64,000 nucleotides of DNA from Bacteroidota bacterium (GCA_039798665.1 JBDKFO010000002.1:3990-67989), one strand, 5' to 3'. Shown: positions 9,873 through 20,543, counted from the first letter of the stretch. The notes: generated by a model not told the origin, from the sequence alone. Translations and numbers: made by a program.

Positions 9873-10147
9873 AAAAAAGCCCAAATAAATGTTTGAGCTC
9901 GTGGTGCGGGTAATAGCCCCGAAGTATCGGGGGAACCTCACGCTTTGCGGTATAAAAAAAGCCCAAACTAAGTTTGAGCTAAAGAGGTGCGGGTAATAGC
10001 CCCGAAGTATCGGGGGAACCTCACGTTTTGCGGCATAAAAAAAGCCCAAACTAAGTTTGAGCTCGTGGTGCGGGTAATAGCCCCGAAGTGTCGGGGGAAC
10101 CTCACGCTTTGCGGTATAAAAAAAGCCCAAACAAATGTTTGAGCTCG
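9873..10147 (-). repeat. Tandem array (~82-bp period) of degenerate tRNA-Leu 3' halves plus terminator hairpins
   Basis: ggtgcgggtaatag recurs at 9903, 9986, 10067 and in the tRNA itself at 10149 (periods 83, 81, 82). Each unit carries ccccga(t/c)acttcgggg and an agcccaaa...tttgagct hairpin with a T-run. Confidence 0.9.
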
Positions 10148-10232
10148 TGGTGCGGGTAATAGGACTCGAACCTACACGCCTTGCGGCACCAGATCCTAAG
10201 TCTGGCATGTCTACCAATTTCACCATACCCGC
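10148..10232 (-). tRNA. tRNA-Leu(TAG)
   Basis: GCGGGTATGGTGAAATTGGTAGACATGCCAGACTTAGGATCTGGTGCCGCAAGGCGTGTAGGTTCGAGTCCTATTACCCGCACCA: acceptor stem GCGGGTA/TACCCGC, anticodon loop CTTAGGA, long variable arm, TTCGA T-loop, encoded CCA. Confidence 0.97.
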
Positions 10233-10246
10233 GTGAATTGTGGCTG

Positions 10247-10254
10247 CAAATATA
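10247..10254 (-). promoter_or_regulatory. Bacteroidota -7 promoter element (TATATTTG) for tRNA-Leu
   Basis: Matches TAnnTTTG 14 nt upstream of the tRNA 5' end. Confidence 0.7.
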
Positions 10255-10514
10255 GATTTATTTTTTGAATGGCAAAAGGGTAATTAAAAAGTTGTCGGCT
10301 CAGAAGATTTAAAGATTGAATAATTTAAAGATTGAATAATTTAGACTTGAAGGCACAGCTTCGTTCCGGAGTTTTGATCCCCAAGCGTAGGGATTGGAAT
10401 TTCAAAATTTGGAATTTCTATTCTGTGCATTCGTGGCTAAAAGCTAAAAGCTGACAGCTGATCGCCCACAATTATTCATTATTAATTCATCATCATTAAT
10501 TTACGAAGAAAAAC

Positions 10515-10522
10515 TATCTTTG
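10515..10522 (+). promoter_or_regulatory. -7 promoter element (TATCTTTG) for the PfkB gene
   Basis: TAnnTTTG consensus 42 nt upstream of ATG. Confidence 0.65.
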
Positions 10523-10564
10523 CGCCTTTAATTTGAGATTAGCAGATCTCGTAATTCCCATCGA

Positions 10565-11488
10565 ATGAACAAGCTTTTAATTGTAGGAACGGTCGCCTTT
10601 GACGCCATCGAAACGCCTTTTGGAAAAACAGATAAAATTTTAGGTGGAGCCGCCACTTTTATTGGCCTTTCGGCATCGCATTTTAACGTGCAATCGGCTA
10701 TTGTTTCAGTGGTGGGCGATGATTTCCCACAAGACTATATAGATTTATTAAGCAACCGCAATATTGATATATCTGGACTAGAAGTTGTGCCAGGCGGAAA
10801 AACATTTTTTTGGAGTGGCAAATACCACAACGATTTAAATTCGCGCGACACCTTAATCACCGAACTCAATGTGTTGGCCGATTTTAATCCAAAAGTACCA
10901 GCCAATTTCACCGATTCAGATGTGGTGATGTTGGGCAACTTGCATCCCTTGGTGCAAAGTTCGGTCTTGGATCAACTCACGGCCAAACCTAAATTGGTGG
11001 TTTTAGACACCATGAATTTTTGGATGGACTGTGCCTTGCCCGAGTTGTTGGACGTAATTAAACGCGTCGATGTCATTACCATCAACGACGAAGAAGCCCG
11101 TCAATTATCAGGAGAATATTCTTTGGTAAAAGCGGCGGCCAAAATTCATCAAATGGGTCCTGCCTATGTGGTGATTAAAAAAGGGGAGCACGGCGCTTTG
11201 TTATTCCACAACGAACAGGTGTTTTTTGCCCCAGCCTTGCCGCTTGAAGAGGTATTTGATCCAACTGGTGCAGGCGATACTTTTGCCGGTGGGTTTTCAG
11301 GCTATATTGCACAAAGCGATAGCATTACCTTCGAAAACATGAAACGCGCCATCATTCACGGATCAAACTTGGCTTCCTTTTGCGTGGAGCAGTTTGGCAC
11401 CGAGCGCATGCAAACGCTCACCCAAGCAGAGGTGCAAAACCGCTTGAAACAATTCAAATCCTTAACACAATTTGACATAGAATTATAA
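10565..11488 (+). CDS. PfkB-family carbohydrate/nucleoside kinase
   Basis: N-terminal GGAATFIG and C-terminal DPTGAGDTFAGG PfkB signatures. Confidence 0.92.
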   Translation: MNKLLIVGTVAFDAIETPFGKTDKILGGAATFIGLSASHFNVQSAIVSVVGDDFPQDYIDLLSNRNIDISGLEVVPGGKTFFWSGKYHNDLNSRDTLITELNVLADFNPKVPANFTDSDVVMLGNLHPLVQSSVLDQLTAKPKLVVLDTMNFWMDCALPELLDVIKRVDVITINDEEARQLSGEYSLVKAAAKIHQMGPAYVVIKKGEHGALLFHNEQVFFAPALPLEEVFDPTGAGDTFAGGFSGYIAQSDSITFENMKRAIIHGSNLASFCVEQFGTERMQTLTQAEVQNRLKQFKSLTQFDIEL

Positions 11489-11566
11489 TACCTTTATGCC
11501 TCGAAATTCGGGGCATTTTTTATACCCAAACACAACTAACTACAACACCAAAACACACTTTTTTTC

Positions 11567-13465
11567 ATGAGCGACGCCATAAAACACGAATGTGGGATAG
11601 CCCTATTACGATTAAAAAAACCTTTAGCTTATTACAAAGAAAAATACGGAACTGCGTTCTACGGAATTCAGAAAATGTATTTGTTAATGGAAAAACAGCA
11701 CAACCGCGGCCAAGATGGTGCCGGTTTTGCTTCCATCAAACTCGATGTCGATCCTGGCGAACGCTACATTAGCCGCGTGCGTTCCAATGACGCCCAAGCC
11801 ATACAAGATGTTTTTGCACAAATTAATGACCGCATCAACGAAGAAATGTTGGCGCATCCAGAATTTGCTGAGAACGTTGATTTGCAAAAAAAACACCTGC
11901 CTTACATAGGCGAATTATTTTTAGGACATGTACGTTATGGAACGTTTGGAAAAAATAGCCTCGAAAGTGTACACCCGTTTTTGCGTCAAAACAATTGGAT
12001 GCACCGCAACTTAATTGTAGCCGGAAACTTCAACATGACCAATGTAAAAGAGTTGTTTAGTAGTTTGGTTGAATTGGGACAACACCCCAAAGAAATGGCC
12101 GACACCGTAACCGTGATGGAAAAAATAGGTCATTTTCTAGACGGCGAAGTAACCGAATTGTACCAAGAATGCAAAAACAACGGCTTGACCAAACAAGAAG
12201 CTTCGCCTGTTATTGCAGAGAAACTCGATATCACCAAAATACTAAAACGCGCCTCCAAAGGTTGGGATGGCGGCTATGCTATGGCGGGACTTTTTGGCCA
12301 TGGCGATGCTTTTGTGTTTCGTGATCCAGCGGGTATACGACCAGCCTATTATTATGACGACGATGAAATTTTGGTTGTAGCATCTGAGCGTCCAGTTATA
12401 CAAACGGTGTTTAATGTCCCTTTCGAAAAAGTGCAAGAATTGCAACCCGGTCATGCGGTGATCATTAAGAAAAATGGTCGCGTTTCTGAGGAAGAAATTA
12501 TTGTGCCAGTGGTTAAAAAAGCCTGCTCATTTGAGCGCATTTATTTCTCCCGCGGGAGCGATGCCGAAATCTACCAAGAACGAAAAGAACTCGGCAAATT
12601 GGTGTTGCCTGCGGTCCTGGAGTCAATCGGGCACGATACCGACAACACCGTGTTTTCCTATATTCCCAATACTGCCGAAACCTCGTTTTACGGCATGGTC
12701 GAAGCGGCCCAAGATTTTTTAAACCAGCGCAAAAACCAATACATCTTAGACAACCAAAAAACCTTGACCAAAGAAAAATTGGAAGAGATTTTATCGGTTA
12801 AAATTCGCACCGAGAAAATTGCCATCAAAGATGCCAAGCTGCGCACCTTCATTACCGAAGACAGCAGCCGTGACGACTTGGTTGCCCATGTCTATGATGT
12901 CACCTATGGGGTAATAAAACCTACCGATAATTTGGTGATCATAGACGACAGTATCGTGCGTGGAACCACTTTAAAGATGAGCATCATCAAAATGATGGAT
13001 CGTTTAAATCCTAAAAAAATAGTAGTGGTTTCATCGGCGCCACAAATTCGTTATCCCGATTGTTACGGCATTGACATGGCCAAGTTAGAGGGCTTGGTGG
13101 CATTCAAAGCAGCCTTGGCTCTGTTGCAAGAGCGCGGTTTATATGCTATAGTCGATTCGGTTTATGAAAAATGTAAAGCCCAAGAAAACTTTAAAGACGC
13201 TGAGGTAGTCAATTACGTAACCGAAATATACGCGCCGTTTACCCCTGAAGAAATATCGGCCAAAATTTCGCAAATGTTATGCTCGAGTCACATCAAAGCA
13301 CAGGTAGATATTATTTTCCAAACGGTGGACAATTTACACCAAGCTTGTCCCAAAAACTTGGGCGATTGGTATTTTACAGGAGATTATCCCACGCCTGGCG
13401 GAAACCGCGTAGTAAATCGTGCCTTTATTAATTTTTACGAAGGCCTAAATGAACGCGCTTATTAA
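11567..13465 (+). CDS. purF: Amidophosphoribosyltransferase (long Bacteroidota form)
   Basis: HECGIA Ntn cysteine, QHNRGQDGAG, GHVRYGT and the PRPP-binding VIIDDSIVRGTT motif. Confidence 0.93.
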   Translation: MSDAIKHECGIALLRLKKPLAYYKEKYGTAFYGIQKMYLLMEKQHNRGQDGAGFASIKLDVDPGERYISRVRSNDAQAIQDVFAQINDRINEEMLAHPEFAENVDLQKKHLPYIGELFLGHVRYGTFGKNSLESVHPFLRQNNWMHRNLIVAGNFNMTNVKELFSSLVELGQHPKEMADTVTVMEKIGHFLDGEVTELYQECKNNGLTKQEASPVIAEKLDITKILKRASKGWDGGYAMAGLFGHGDAFVFRDPAGIRPAYYYDDDEILVVASERPVIQTVFNVPFEKVQELQPGHAVIIKKNGRVSEEEIIVPVVKKACSFERIYFSRGSDAEIYQERKELGKLVLPAVLESIGHDTDNTVFSYIPNTAETSFYGMVEAAQDFLNQRKNQYILDNQKTLTKEKLEEILSVKIRTEKIAIKDAKLRTFITEDSSRDDLVAHVYDVTYGVIKPTDNLVIIDDSIVRGTTLKMSIIKMMDRLNPKKIVVVSSAPQIRYPDCYGIDMAKLEGLVAFKAALALLQERGLYAIVDSVYEKCKAQENFKDAEVVNYVTEIYAPFTPEEISAKISQMLCSSHIKAQVDIIFQTVDNLHQACPKNLGDWYFTGDYPTPGGNRVVNRAFINFYEGLNERAY

Positions 13466-13511
13466 GCGAAAAATGCACTTTATCGATTTTAAGTGTAGTT
13501 CATCTAATAAT

Positions 13512-13544
13512 TTTGTTTACAACATTTTAGTTCTATTATATTTG
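13512..13544 (+). promoter_or_regulatory. Complete -33/-7 promoter (TTTG-N21-TATATTTG) with no downstream CDS
   Basis: TTTG at 13512-13515 and TATATTTG at 13537-13544. Confidence 0.6.
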
Positions 13545-13548
13545 GAGA

Positions 13549-13619
13549 ACCATAACATTAGTAGGTTAAGTTTATGGTAGATTTGGGGCAAAAAGGGTGA
13601 AAGAAATTTCACCTTTTTT
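13549..13619 (+). ncRNA. Candidate ~70-nt small RNA
   Basis: Follows the promoter; stem ACCATAA/TTATGGT with a 16-nt loop, then GGTGAAA-GAAA-TTTCACC-TTTTT terminator; no ORF. Confidence 0.45.
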
Positions 13620-13654
13620 ATTTTATCCAACTCCGGTTACTTATCAATTCACAT

Positions 13655-13688
13655 AAAAAAAGGCGATCAAATCTTGATCGCCTTTTTT
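13655..13688 (-). terminator. sod terminator (bidirectional)
   Basis: aaaaaaaggcgatcaa-atc-ttgatcgcctttttt. Confidence 0.85.
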
Positions 13689-13706
13689 GTTTAAAATCAA
13701 CTGATT

Positions 13707-14315
13707 TTATTTTTCTAACGCATATCTGCGGGCCACTTCGGTCCAGTTGATTACATTAAAAAACGCTTCAATATAATCGGGACGACGGTTTTGGTAGTTT
13801 AAGTAGTACGCGTGTTCCCAGACATCCATCCCTAAAATTGGGGTTCCGCCACAGCCTACTTCAGGCATTAACGGGCAATCTTGGTTTGGGGTGCCACAAA
13901 CTTCTAGTTTTCCGCCTTTGTGCACACACAACCAAGCCCAACCAGAGCCAAATTGTGTAGCGCCTGCTTTCGAAAATCGCGCTTTAAACTCGGCAAAGTC
14001 ACCAAAAGCGGCTTCAATAGCGTCAAGCAAATCACCAGTTGGCAATCCGCCTCCATTGGGTGACATTACTGTCCAAAACAAGTTGTGGTTGTAATATCCG
14101 CCACCGTTGTTGCGTACAGCAGCATTTTTTTTGTCCAAGTTAATCAAGATGTTCTCAATGGTTTTGCCTTCCATGTCGGTGCCGGCAATCGCAGCATTAA
14201 GATTGGTGGTATACGCATTATGGTGTTTGCTGTGATGGATCTCCATGGTGCGCGCATCAATGTGCGGCTCAAGTGCATCATACGCATACGGTAATTGAGG
14301 TAGTTCAAAAGCCAT
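13707..14315 (-). CDS. sodA: Fe/Mn superoxide dismutase
   Basis: [27 protein letters not shown] and DVWEHAYY motifs; metal preference cannot be determined with certainty. Confidence 0.95.
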   Translation of the reverse strand: MAFELPQLPYAYDALEPHIDARTMEIHHSKHHNAYTTNLNAAIAGTDMEGKTIENILINLDKKNAAVRNNGGGYYNHNLFWTVMSPNGGGLPTGDLLDAIEAAFGDFAEFKARFSKAGATQFGSGWAWLCVHKGGKLEVCGTPNQDCPLMPEVGCGGTPILGMDVWEHAYYLNYQNRRPDYIEAFFNVINWTEVARRYALEK

Positions 14316-14348
14316 AACAATAAGATTTAGTGATTAAAAAATTTAGCC

Positions 14349-14356
14349 CAAAATTA
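14349..14356 (-). promoter_or_regulatory. -7 promoter element (TAATTTTG) for sod
   Basis: TAnnTTTG consensus upstream of the start codon. Confidence 0.6.
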
Positions 14357-14569
14357 ATCATTTAACTTTGGAATAAGTATAGGTATATTGGAATATTTCT
14401 AATAAATTAGTTCCCGTTTCGAGAATTTTTTTGAAGCTATTTCCCGCTGTTCGTTGCAATGTTTTGTGAGCCCCTGCTGCTGCTGATCCTGCAAAACGAT
14501 TTCTCCCGAAATTTCGGGACCATCGGGGCTAATGCAATATTTTTCAACCACCTTACCCTTCGCCAAGGC

Positions 14570-17500
14570 ATGACAGCTACCCAACCCACGCCCGCCAGTT
14601 TCTCCATTTACAATGCCTCTGCCGGATCGGGGAAAACCTATACCTTGGTCAAAGAGTACCTCAAAATTATACTCACGGCAAATAAACCCGATGCTTACCG
14701 CAATATCTTGGCGATTACCTTTACCAACAAGGCGGTGCACGAAATGAAAAGTCGCGTCATTAAAAACCTTACCGAGTTTGCCAAAGTTCCAGCCGATCAA
14801 GACCCCAATTCGGTCGAGCTTATGCAACGCATCGCTCAAGAAACCAACCTTTCGTTGCCCAAGATGCATGAAAAGGCCAATCAGATTATCAAACACCTCA
14901 TCCACAATTATGCGGCTTTTGATATTTCGACCATCGATAAATTTACCCATAAAGTAATTCGTGCTTTTGCCCACGATTTGGATTTGCCCGTCTCGTTTGA
15001 GGTTTCTTTAGACACCGAAAATTTGGTCATGGAAGCAGTGGATGCCCTTATCGCTCAAGCCGGCGATGATCCGGCGCTCACCAAGTTGCTCATTGATTTT
15101 ACCATGGAGAAAACCGACGATGACAAAAGTTGGGACATTTCTAGAGAAATTTTAGAAACAGGTAAATTGCTAGTCAACGAGAACAACCGCGAAGAAATCG
15201 CCCTGCTCAAAGACTACAGCATCGATCAATTTGCAGAACTCAAACGGCAGCTCAACGAACACTGTGCAACTATTGAATCCGAAAACCAAGAACTGGCACA
15301 ACAGCTGTTGCAAAGCATCACAAACATGGGAATTCAATTGTCGTCCTTCTCTGCGGGACATTTCCCTAAACATGTGCAAGGAATTGCGGCAGGAAATTAC
15401 AACCCCAAAAACAAACAGTACCACGAAGAATCCGACATTAAAATTTTAAAAGCCGCTCCTGATGCTGCGCTTATATTACAAGCCATCCCCACTATTTTGG
15501 ATGCCTTAGGCATTATTTATACCCAATTTGAACGCCGTGATTTTTATAAAGCGTTTCTCAAAAATTGCACGCCACTTTCTTTGGTCAATAAAGTGAGTCA
15601 GGAATTGCAAGCTTTGCAAACCGAGCAGCACATTTTGTCTATATCAGAATTTAACGCCTTAATTTATCGGGAGATTCAAAACCAACCCGCACCCTTTATT
15701 TACGAACGATTGGGCGAACGCTACCGCCATTTTTTCATTGACGAATTTCAAGACACCTCCGAGATGCAATGGCAAAACCTTGTTCCGCTCATAGATAACG
15801 CCTTGTGCAGCGAAGACCTGAACGGTACCCGCGGTTCCTTGCTTTTGGTGGGCGATCCCAAACAATCTATCTACCGTTGGCGCGGCGGAAAAGCCGAACA
15901 ATTTATTGCCTTGAGTAAAAAGCAAAGTCCGTTTAATGCCCAGGCCTCTGTTTTTTCGCTCGACACCAATTACCGCAGTTACTCCCAAATTATCGAATTC
16001 AACAACGAGTTGTTTGCGTTTTTGTCGGCCGAGTTTGCTCATCCCGATTATAAAGAACTGTATGAAAAATGGAGTCGTCAGCTCACCAATGCTAAGAAAG
16101 GCGGCTACGTGTCTATTCATTTTTTGCCCGAGCCCGAACAAGCCGCTCCCGAGAGCACCGAAGACACATCCGACAAAACCAAGCAACAGGTAGTGGCTAC
16201 CTACGACACCATCCAGCGCGTTTTGGCGCAAGGATTTGCCTACCAAGACATTGCCATACTCACCCGCAAACGCGACCAGGGCGTTGCCGTGGCCAGCTAT
16301 CTCACCGAGATGCAATTGCCGCTATTGTCTTCAGAGACCTTATTATTAGACAATGCGCCCCAGGTGCAATGCCTACTCACCAGTTTGCGGTACCTCAATA
16401 ACCCAAATAACAAAGAAGCCAAGGCTTTATTTTTGTTGTATTTGGCGCAAAACTTGCCGCAACCGCAAGCAATACACGATTTTATTGCTGAAGGCATGAG
16501 CTGCAATACTGAAATCGAATTTGAAGCTTGGTTGGGCCAACACAACCTACACTTGTCGTTTGCTTCCCTGCGAAAAAAATCGCTTTATGAAGCCGTTGAA
16601 CTCTTGGTTGCCCAAGTGCTGCTACAAGAAAAAAGCAATGCCTATGTGCAGTATTTTTTAGACATTGTTCTCGAACGCGACCTCAGAAATCAGGCGGGCA
16701 TAGTAGAATTTTTGTCATTTTGGGACAAAAACGCTTCCAAATTAAGTATACCCTCGCCCGAGGGCACCAATGCTATTCGCATATTAACCATTCACAAAGC
16801 CAAAGGGCTGGAATTTCCAGTGGTAATTATGCCTTTTGCCGACGAAGATTATGCCCGAAAACCCAAAGATAAACTTTGGCTTGACACCGATCAAGCGGTT
16901 TTTGGCATCCCTAAAATACTGGTAGATAATAACGCGGCAGTGGCCAATTTTGGTCCCGAAGCCAAAGCCGTCTACGAGCAAAAAAAGGAAGAAGAATTGC
17001 TTGATAACATCAACGTGTTGTATGTTGCATTGACCCGTGCCGAGGAACAGTTGCACATTATTTCACAGCAAGTAAAACCTAAAGCCGACGGGACTTTTCC
17101 CAATACCATGTCGGCATTTTTTGCCAAATACCTCGCTCATCTTGGATTATATAAAGAAGACACGGCTTTTTATGACTGGGGTACTTCCCAAAAATTATCT
17201 CAACCCAGTAAATCCAAAACTATCCCGATTGCTGTGGTGCCGGTTGCTCAGGCCATCGATTCTGCCAAAATTAAAATTGCTCAACGCGAAGCCCTCATGT
17301 GGAATTCGCCGCAACAAGAAGCCATTGCCTATGGTAACGTGATCCATGAAATTGCGGCCACCATTTTTACCCAAGACGACTTGCCACAGGCCTTGCAAAA
17401 CGCGTTAGATTCCGGGCTAATTGCCGCACAGCAGTTGAATGCCGTAACCGAAACGCTCAGCCAATTGGTGTGTCATCCCGACTTGGTTGAGGTTTTTGCA

Positions 17501-17746
17501 GCGGGCAATAAAGTATGGAACGAACAGGCCATTTTGCAGCCACAAGCCGCCGTAGTGAAACCCGATCGCATTGTGCAACTCCCATCTGGAGAAGTTATTT
17601 TACTCGATTACAAAACCGGGATACCCAAGCCTCAACACCAACAGCAATTGGCCGATTACCAACAGGTGCTTGCCGCCATGGGATTTGTCGTAGCAAAAAA
17701 ACTTATCGTCTATCTTGGCGAAACGCCCAATGTAATACATTTGTAA
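14570..17746 (+). CDS. UvrD-family helicase with C-terminal PD-(D/E)XK nuclease (AddA-like)
   Basis: Walker A ASAGSGKT, IDEFQDTS, VGDPKQSIYRWRGG, TIHKAKGLEF, YVALTRA; C-terminal KPDRIV...LLDYKTG. Start ATG 14570 preferred over 14459. Confidence 0.9.
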   Translation: MTATQPTPASFSIYNASAGSGKTYTLVKEYLKIILTANKPDAYRNILAITFTNKAVHEMKSRVIKNLTEFAKVPADQDPNSVELMQRIAQETNLSLPKMHEKANQIIKHLIHNYAAFDISTIDKFTHKVIRAFAHDLDLPVSFEVSLDTENLVMEAVDALIAQAGDDPALTKLLIDFTMEKTDDDKSWDISREILETGKLLVNENNREEIALLKDYSIDQFAELKRQLNEHCATIESENQELAQQLLQSITNMGIQLSSFSAGHFPKHVQGIAAGNYNPKNKQYHEESDIKILKAAPDAALILQAIPTILDALGIIYTQFERRDFYKAFLKNCTPLSLVNKVSQELQALQTEQHILSISEFNALIYREIQNQPAPFIYERLGERYRHFFIDEFQDTSEMQWQNLVPLIDNALCSEDLNGTRGSLLLVGDPKQSIYRWRGGKAEQFIALSKKQSPFNAQASVFSLDTNYRSYSQIIEFNNELFAFLSAEFAHPDYKELYEKWSRQLTNAKKGGYVSIHFLPEPEQAAPESTEDTSDKTKQQVVATYDTIQRVLAQGFAYQDIAILTRKRDQGVAVASYLTEMQLPLLSSETLLLDNAPQVQCLLTSLRYLNNPNNKEAKALFLLYLAQNLPQPQAIHDFIAEGMSCNTEIEFEAWLGQHNLHLSFASLRKKSLYEAVELLVAQVLLQEKSNAYVQYFLDIVLERDLRNQAGIVEFLSFWDKNASKLSIPSPEGTNAIRILTIHKAKGLEFPVVIMPFADEDYARKPKDKLWLDTDQAVFGIPKILVDNNAAVANFGPEAKAVYEQKKEEELLDNINVLYVALTRAEEQLHIISQQVKPKADGTFPNTMSAFFAKYLAHLGLYKEDTAFYDWGTSQKLSQPSKSKTIPIAVVPVAQAIDSAKIKIAQREALMWNSPQQEAIAYGNVIHEIAATIFTQDDLPQALQNALDSGLIAAQQLNAVTETLSQLVCHPDLVEVFAAGNKVWNEQAILQPQAAVVKPDRIVQLPSGEVILLDYKTGIPKPQHQQQLADYQQVLAAMGFVVAKKLIVYLGETPNVIHL

Positions 17747-17769
17747 ACGCATTTTAAAACCAAAAAAGC

Positions 17770-18963
17770 ATGTACGGAAAAATACAACAACACTTACAAA
17801 ACGAATTGAACACCATTGAAGCCAATGGGATATTTAAAAAAGAACGCATCATTACTTCGCCTCAAGGGGCCGAAATTACCATTTCAACCGGGGAAACCGT
17901 GTTGAATTTTTGTGCCAATAATTACTTGGGTTTGTCTTCACATCCCGAGGTGGTTCAAGCAGCCAAAGACGCTTTAGACAGTCATGGATTTGGGATGTCA
18001 TCCGTGCGTTTCATCTGCGGAACCCAAGACATTCACAAAACCTTGGAGCAAAAAATTGCCGACTTCTATGGTACCGAAGACACCATTTTGTATGCCGCTG
18101 CTTTTGATGCCAACGGCGGGGTATTTGAACCGTTGTTGGGCGAGCAAGACGCCATCATCTCAGACAGTTTAAATCACGCGTCAATTATTGATGGGGTGCG
18201 TTTGTGTAAAGCAGCACGCTACCGTTACGAAAACAGTGATATGGCCGATTTGGAGTTGCAATTACAAAAAGCCAACGAGGCCGGCGTACGTTTTAAATTG
18301 ATTGTTACTGACGGCGTATTCTCAATGGATGGCGTAGTGGCTCCCTTGGATAAAATTTGTGATTTAGCCGATCAATATGACGCCATGGTCATGGTTGACG
18401 AATGCCATGCCGCGGGCTTTATAGGTGCCACAGGAAAGGGTACGATGGAGGCTAAGAAAGTGATGGGCCGCATTGATATTATTACCGGAACCTTAGGTAA
18501 AGCCTTGGGAGGCGCCATGGGCGGATACACCACGGGTAAAAAAGAAATTATTGAATTGCTGCGTCAGCGCTCGCGTCCGTATTTGTTTTCAAACTCTTTG
18601 GCGCCCGCTATTGTGGGAGCGTCAATTAAGGTATTTGAGTTACTCGAAAAGGATACCAGCTTGCGCGATAAACTGGAATGGAACACCAATTATTTTAAAG
18701 CCGGAATGAAAAAAGCAGGCTTTGATATTGTAGAAGGTGACTCGGCTATTGTGCCGGTGATGCTCTATGACGCCAAGCTTTCCCAGACCATGGCCAACGA
18801 ATTATTAAAAAACGGCATCTACGTAATTGGCTTCTTTTTCCCGGTGGTTCCCAAAGACAAAGCGCGCATTCGGGTGCAGTTGTCGGCGGCACATACACAA
18901 GCCCACTTGGACAAAGCCATCGAAGCCTTTATTAAAGTAGGTAAACAATTGAATGTAATCTAA
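17770..18963 (+). CDS. kbl: 2-amino-3-ketobutyrate CoA ligase (glycine C-acetyltransferase)
   Basis: [30 protein letters not shown] and [11 protein letters not shown] (PLP lysine). Confidence 0.96.
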   Translation: MYGKIQQHLQNELNTIEANGIFKKERIITSPQGAEITISTGETVLNFCANNYLGLSSHPEVVQAAKDALDSHGFGMSSVRFICGTQDIHKTLEQKIADFYGTEDTILYAAAFDANGGVFEPLLGEQDAIISDSLNHASIIDGVRLCKAARYRYENSDMADLELQLQKANEAGVRFKLIVTDGVFSMDGVVAPLDKICDLADQYDAMVMVDECHAAGFIGATGKGTMEAKKVMGRIDIITGTLGKALGGAMGGYTTGKKEIIELLRQRSRPYLFSNSLAPAIVGASIKVFELLEKDTSLRDKLEWNTNYFKAGMKKAGFDIVEGDSAIVPVMLYDAKLSQTMANELLKNGIYVIGFFFPVVPKDKARIRVQLSAAHTQAHLDKAIEAFIKVGKQLNVI

Positions 18964-19028
18964 TTAGCTAATCAGCCTAAAAAGTTGGTTTTTTTATCCA
19001 TTCGCTTTGTTGGTAAGGATTAACACCT

Positions 19029-19036
19029 TACTTTTG
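19029..19036 (+). promoter_or_regulatory. -7 promoter element (TACTTTTG) for the OmpA gene
   Basis: TAnnTTTG consensus 37 nt upstream of ATG. Confidence 0.6.
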
Positions 19037-19073
19037 ACCCGAAATTTATTGTAATTTAACAAAAATTTAAACT

Positions 19074-20480
19074 ATGAAACACCTAAACAAATTAGTTGCT
19101 GCTGTAGTTCTTCTCGTAGGACTTAATGTGCAAGCGCAAGACAGCAACAATCCATGGGCTATATCCTTTGGAACCAATGCAGTTGACACTCGTGTAAGTG
19201 CAGCTTCAAAAATTCAAGACCAATTTTCACAGTATTTTGACGTGAAAGACTATTGGAATGTATTGCCATCAATATCTTATCTTACCGTATCTAAAAACGT
19301 AGGCGGTAATTTTACGTTTGGCGTAACTGGATCGATCAACAAAATCAAGCGTTTTGTTTTGCCTCGTCCTGCAGGTTATGGCGATTATGAAGTAATCAAT
19401 CCTGGAGATTTGAGCTACTACAGTGCCGATGGAACAATCAAATACAGCTTCATGGAAATGTTGGGTTGGAAAATTGTAGATCCTTCTGCTCACGTAGGTG
19501 GAGGGTACACTTCTTTTGGTGATGCCAGCTACGGAACCTTCAATGGAGGTTTAGGACTTACCCTTTGGTTTACCGAAATGGTTGGATTCTCTGTTCAATC
19601 TACCTACAAAAATTCATTTGACAAAGCTGATCGCGTAATCAATTCAGACGTGCCTTCACACATGCAACATTTAATTGGGCTTACTTTTAAATTTGGCGGA
19701 AAAGACACAGACGGCGATGGCGTATATGATAAAGACGATACCTGTCCAGAAGTAAAAGGATTGAAACAATTTAAAGGTTGTCCTGACACGGATGCTGACG
19801 GAATTGTTGATGCAAGCGATGCTTGTCCTGAGGCAGCTGGTTTGGCTGAATTCAATGGTTGTCCTGACATGGATGCCGATGGTGTTGCCGATAAAGACGA
19901 TGCTTGTCCAGATGTTGCCGGATTAAAAACTTTAGGAGGTTGTCCAGATGCGGATGGCGATGGCGTGACTGATAAAGCAGACAAGTGTCCAACAGTAAAA
20001 GGACCAAAAGATAACGCCGGTTGTCCTTGGCCAGATACCGATGGCGATAGCGTATTAGACAAAGACGACAAATGTCCGGATGTAAAAGGAACTGCAGCCA
20101 ACAATGGTTGTCCTGAAGTAACTGAAACAGCAATCAAATCGTTGAACGAATATGCCAAAACCATTTTGTTTGAATCAGGAAAAGCTTCTTTCCAAAAACA
20201 AACATTTGCCGTATTGCAATCAATCACTGCGATCTTGAAAGAATACCCAACCGCTAAATTTAGCATCGAAGGACACACCGACGATTCTGGTTCAGTAGCT
20301 TTCAATCAAACTTTATCTGAAAACAGAGCGAGTGCCGTGAAAAACTACTTGGTAGAAAACGGAGTAGCTGCTGATCGTTTAACTTCAGCTGGTTTTGGAA
20401 AATCAAGACCAATTGATAAAGCAAAAACCAAAGCAGGTAAAGCAAATAACAGACGAGTAGAAGTGAAATTGGCCAACTAA
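19074..20480 (+). CDS. OmpA-family outer membrane protein with thrombospondin type-3 repeats
   Basis: Signal peptide, beta-barrel, repeated DxDGDGVxDKDDxCP units, C-terminal OmpA domain (IEGHTD...NQTLSENRA...NRRVE). Confidence 0.93.
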   Translation: MKHLNKLVAAVVLLVGLNVQAQDSNNPWAISFGTNAVDTRVSAASKIQDQFSQYFDVKDYWNVLPSISYLTVSKNVGGNFTFGVTGSINKIKRFVLPRPAGYGDYEVINPGDLSYYSADGTIKYSFMEMLGWKIVDPSAHVGGGYTSFGDASYGTFNGGLGLTLWFTEMVGFSVQSTYKNSFDKADRVINSDVPSHMQHLIGLTFKFGGKDTDGDGVYDKDDTCPEVKGLKQFKGCPDTDADGIVDASDACPEAAGLAEFNGCPDMDADGVADKDDACPDVAGLKTLGGCPDADGDGVTDKADKCPTVKGPKDNAGCPWPDTDGDSVLDKDDKCPDVKGTAANNGCPEVTETAIKSLNEYAKTILFESGKASFQKQTFAVLQSITAILKEYPTAKFSIEGHTDDSGSVAFNQTLSENRASAVKNYLVENGVAADRLTSAGFGKSRPIDKAKTKAGKANNRRVEVKLAN

Positions 20481-20543
20481 TTTCCTCAAAAATACAAGTT
20501 GAAAACGCCTCGATTATCGGGGCGTTTTTTTTATTTTTATACC

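Noticed and set aside
9873-10147. 82-bp-period array as CRISPR
   Set aside because: There are no unique spacers: whole units are near-identical and derive from the tRNA 3' half plus a terminator; no cas genes.
9840-10226. 128-aa ORF with internal repeats
   Set aside because: It reads through tRNA-Leu (MVKLVDMPDLGSGAARRVGSSP is the tRNA sequence) and the non-coding array, so it is spurious.
14399-16315. Antisense ORFs 14399-14974 and 15659-16315
   Set aside because: Shadows of the AddA-like gene, with no recognisable motifs.
19604-20305. 233-aa antisense ORF with SGQP repeats
   Set aside because: Shadow frame of the OmpA thrombospondin type-3 repeats.
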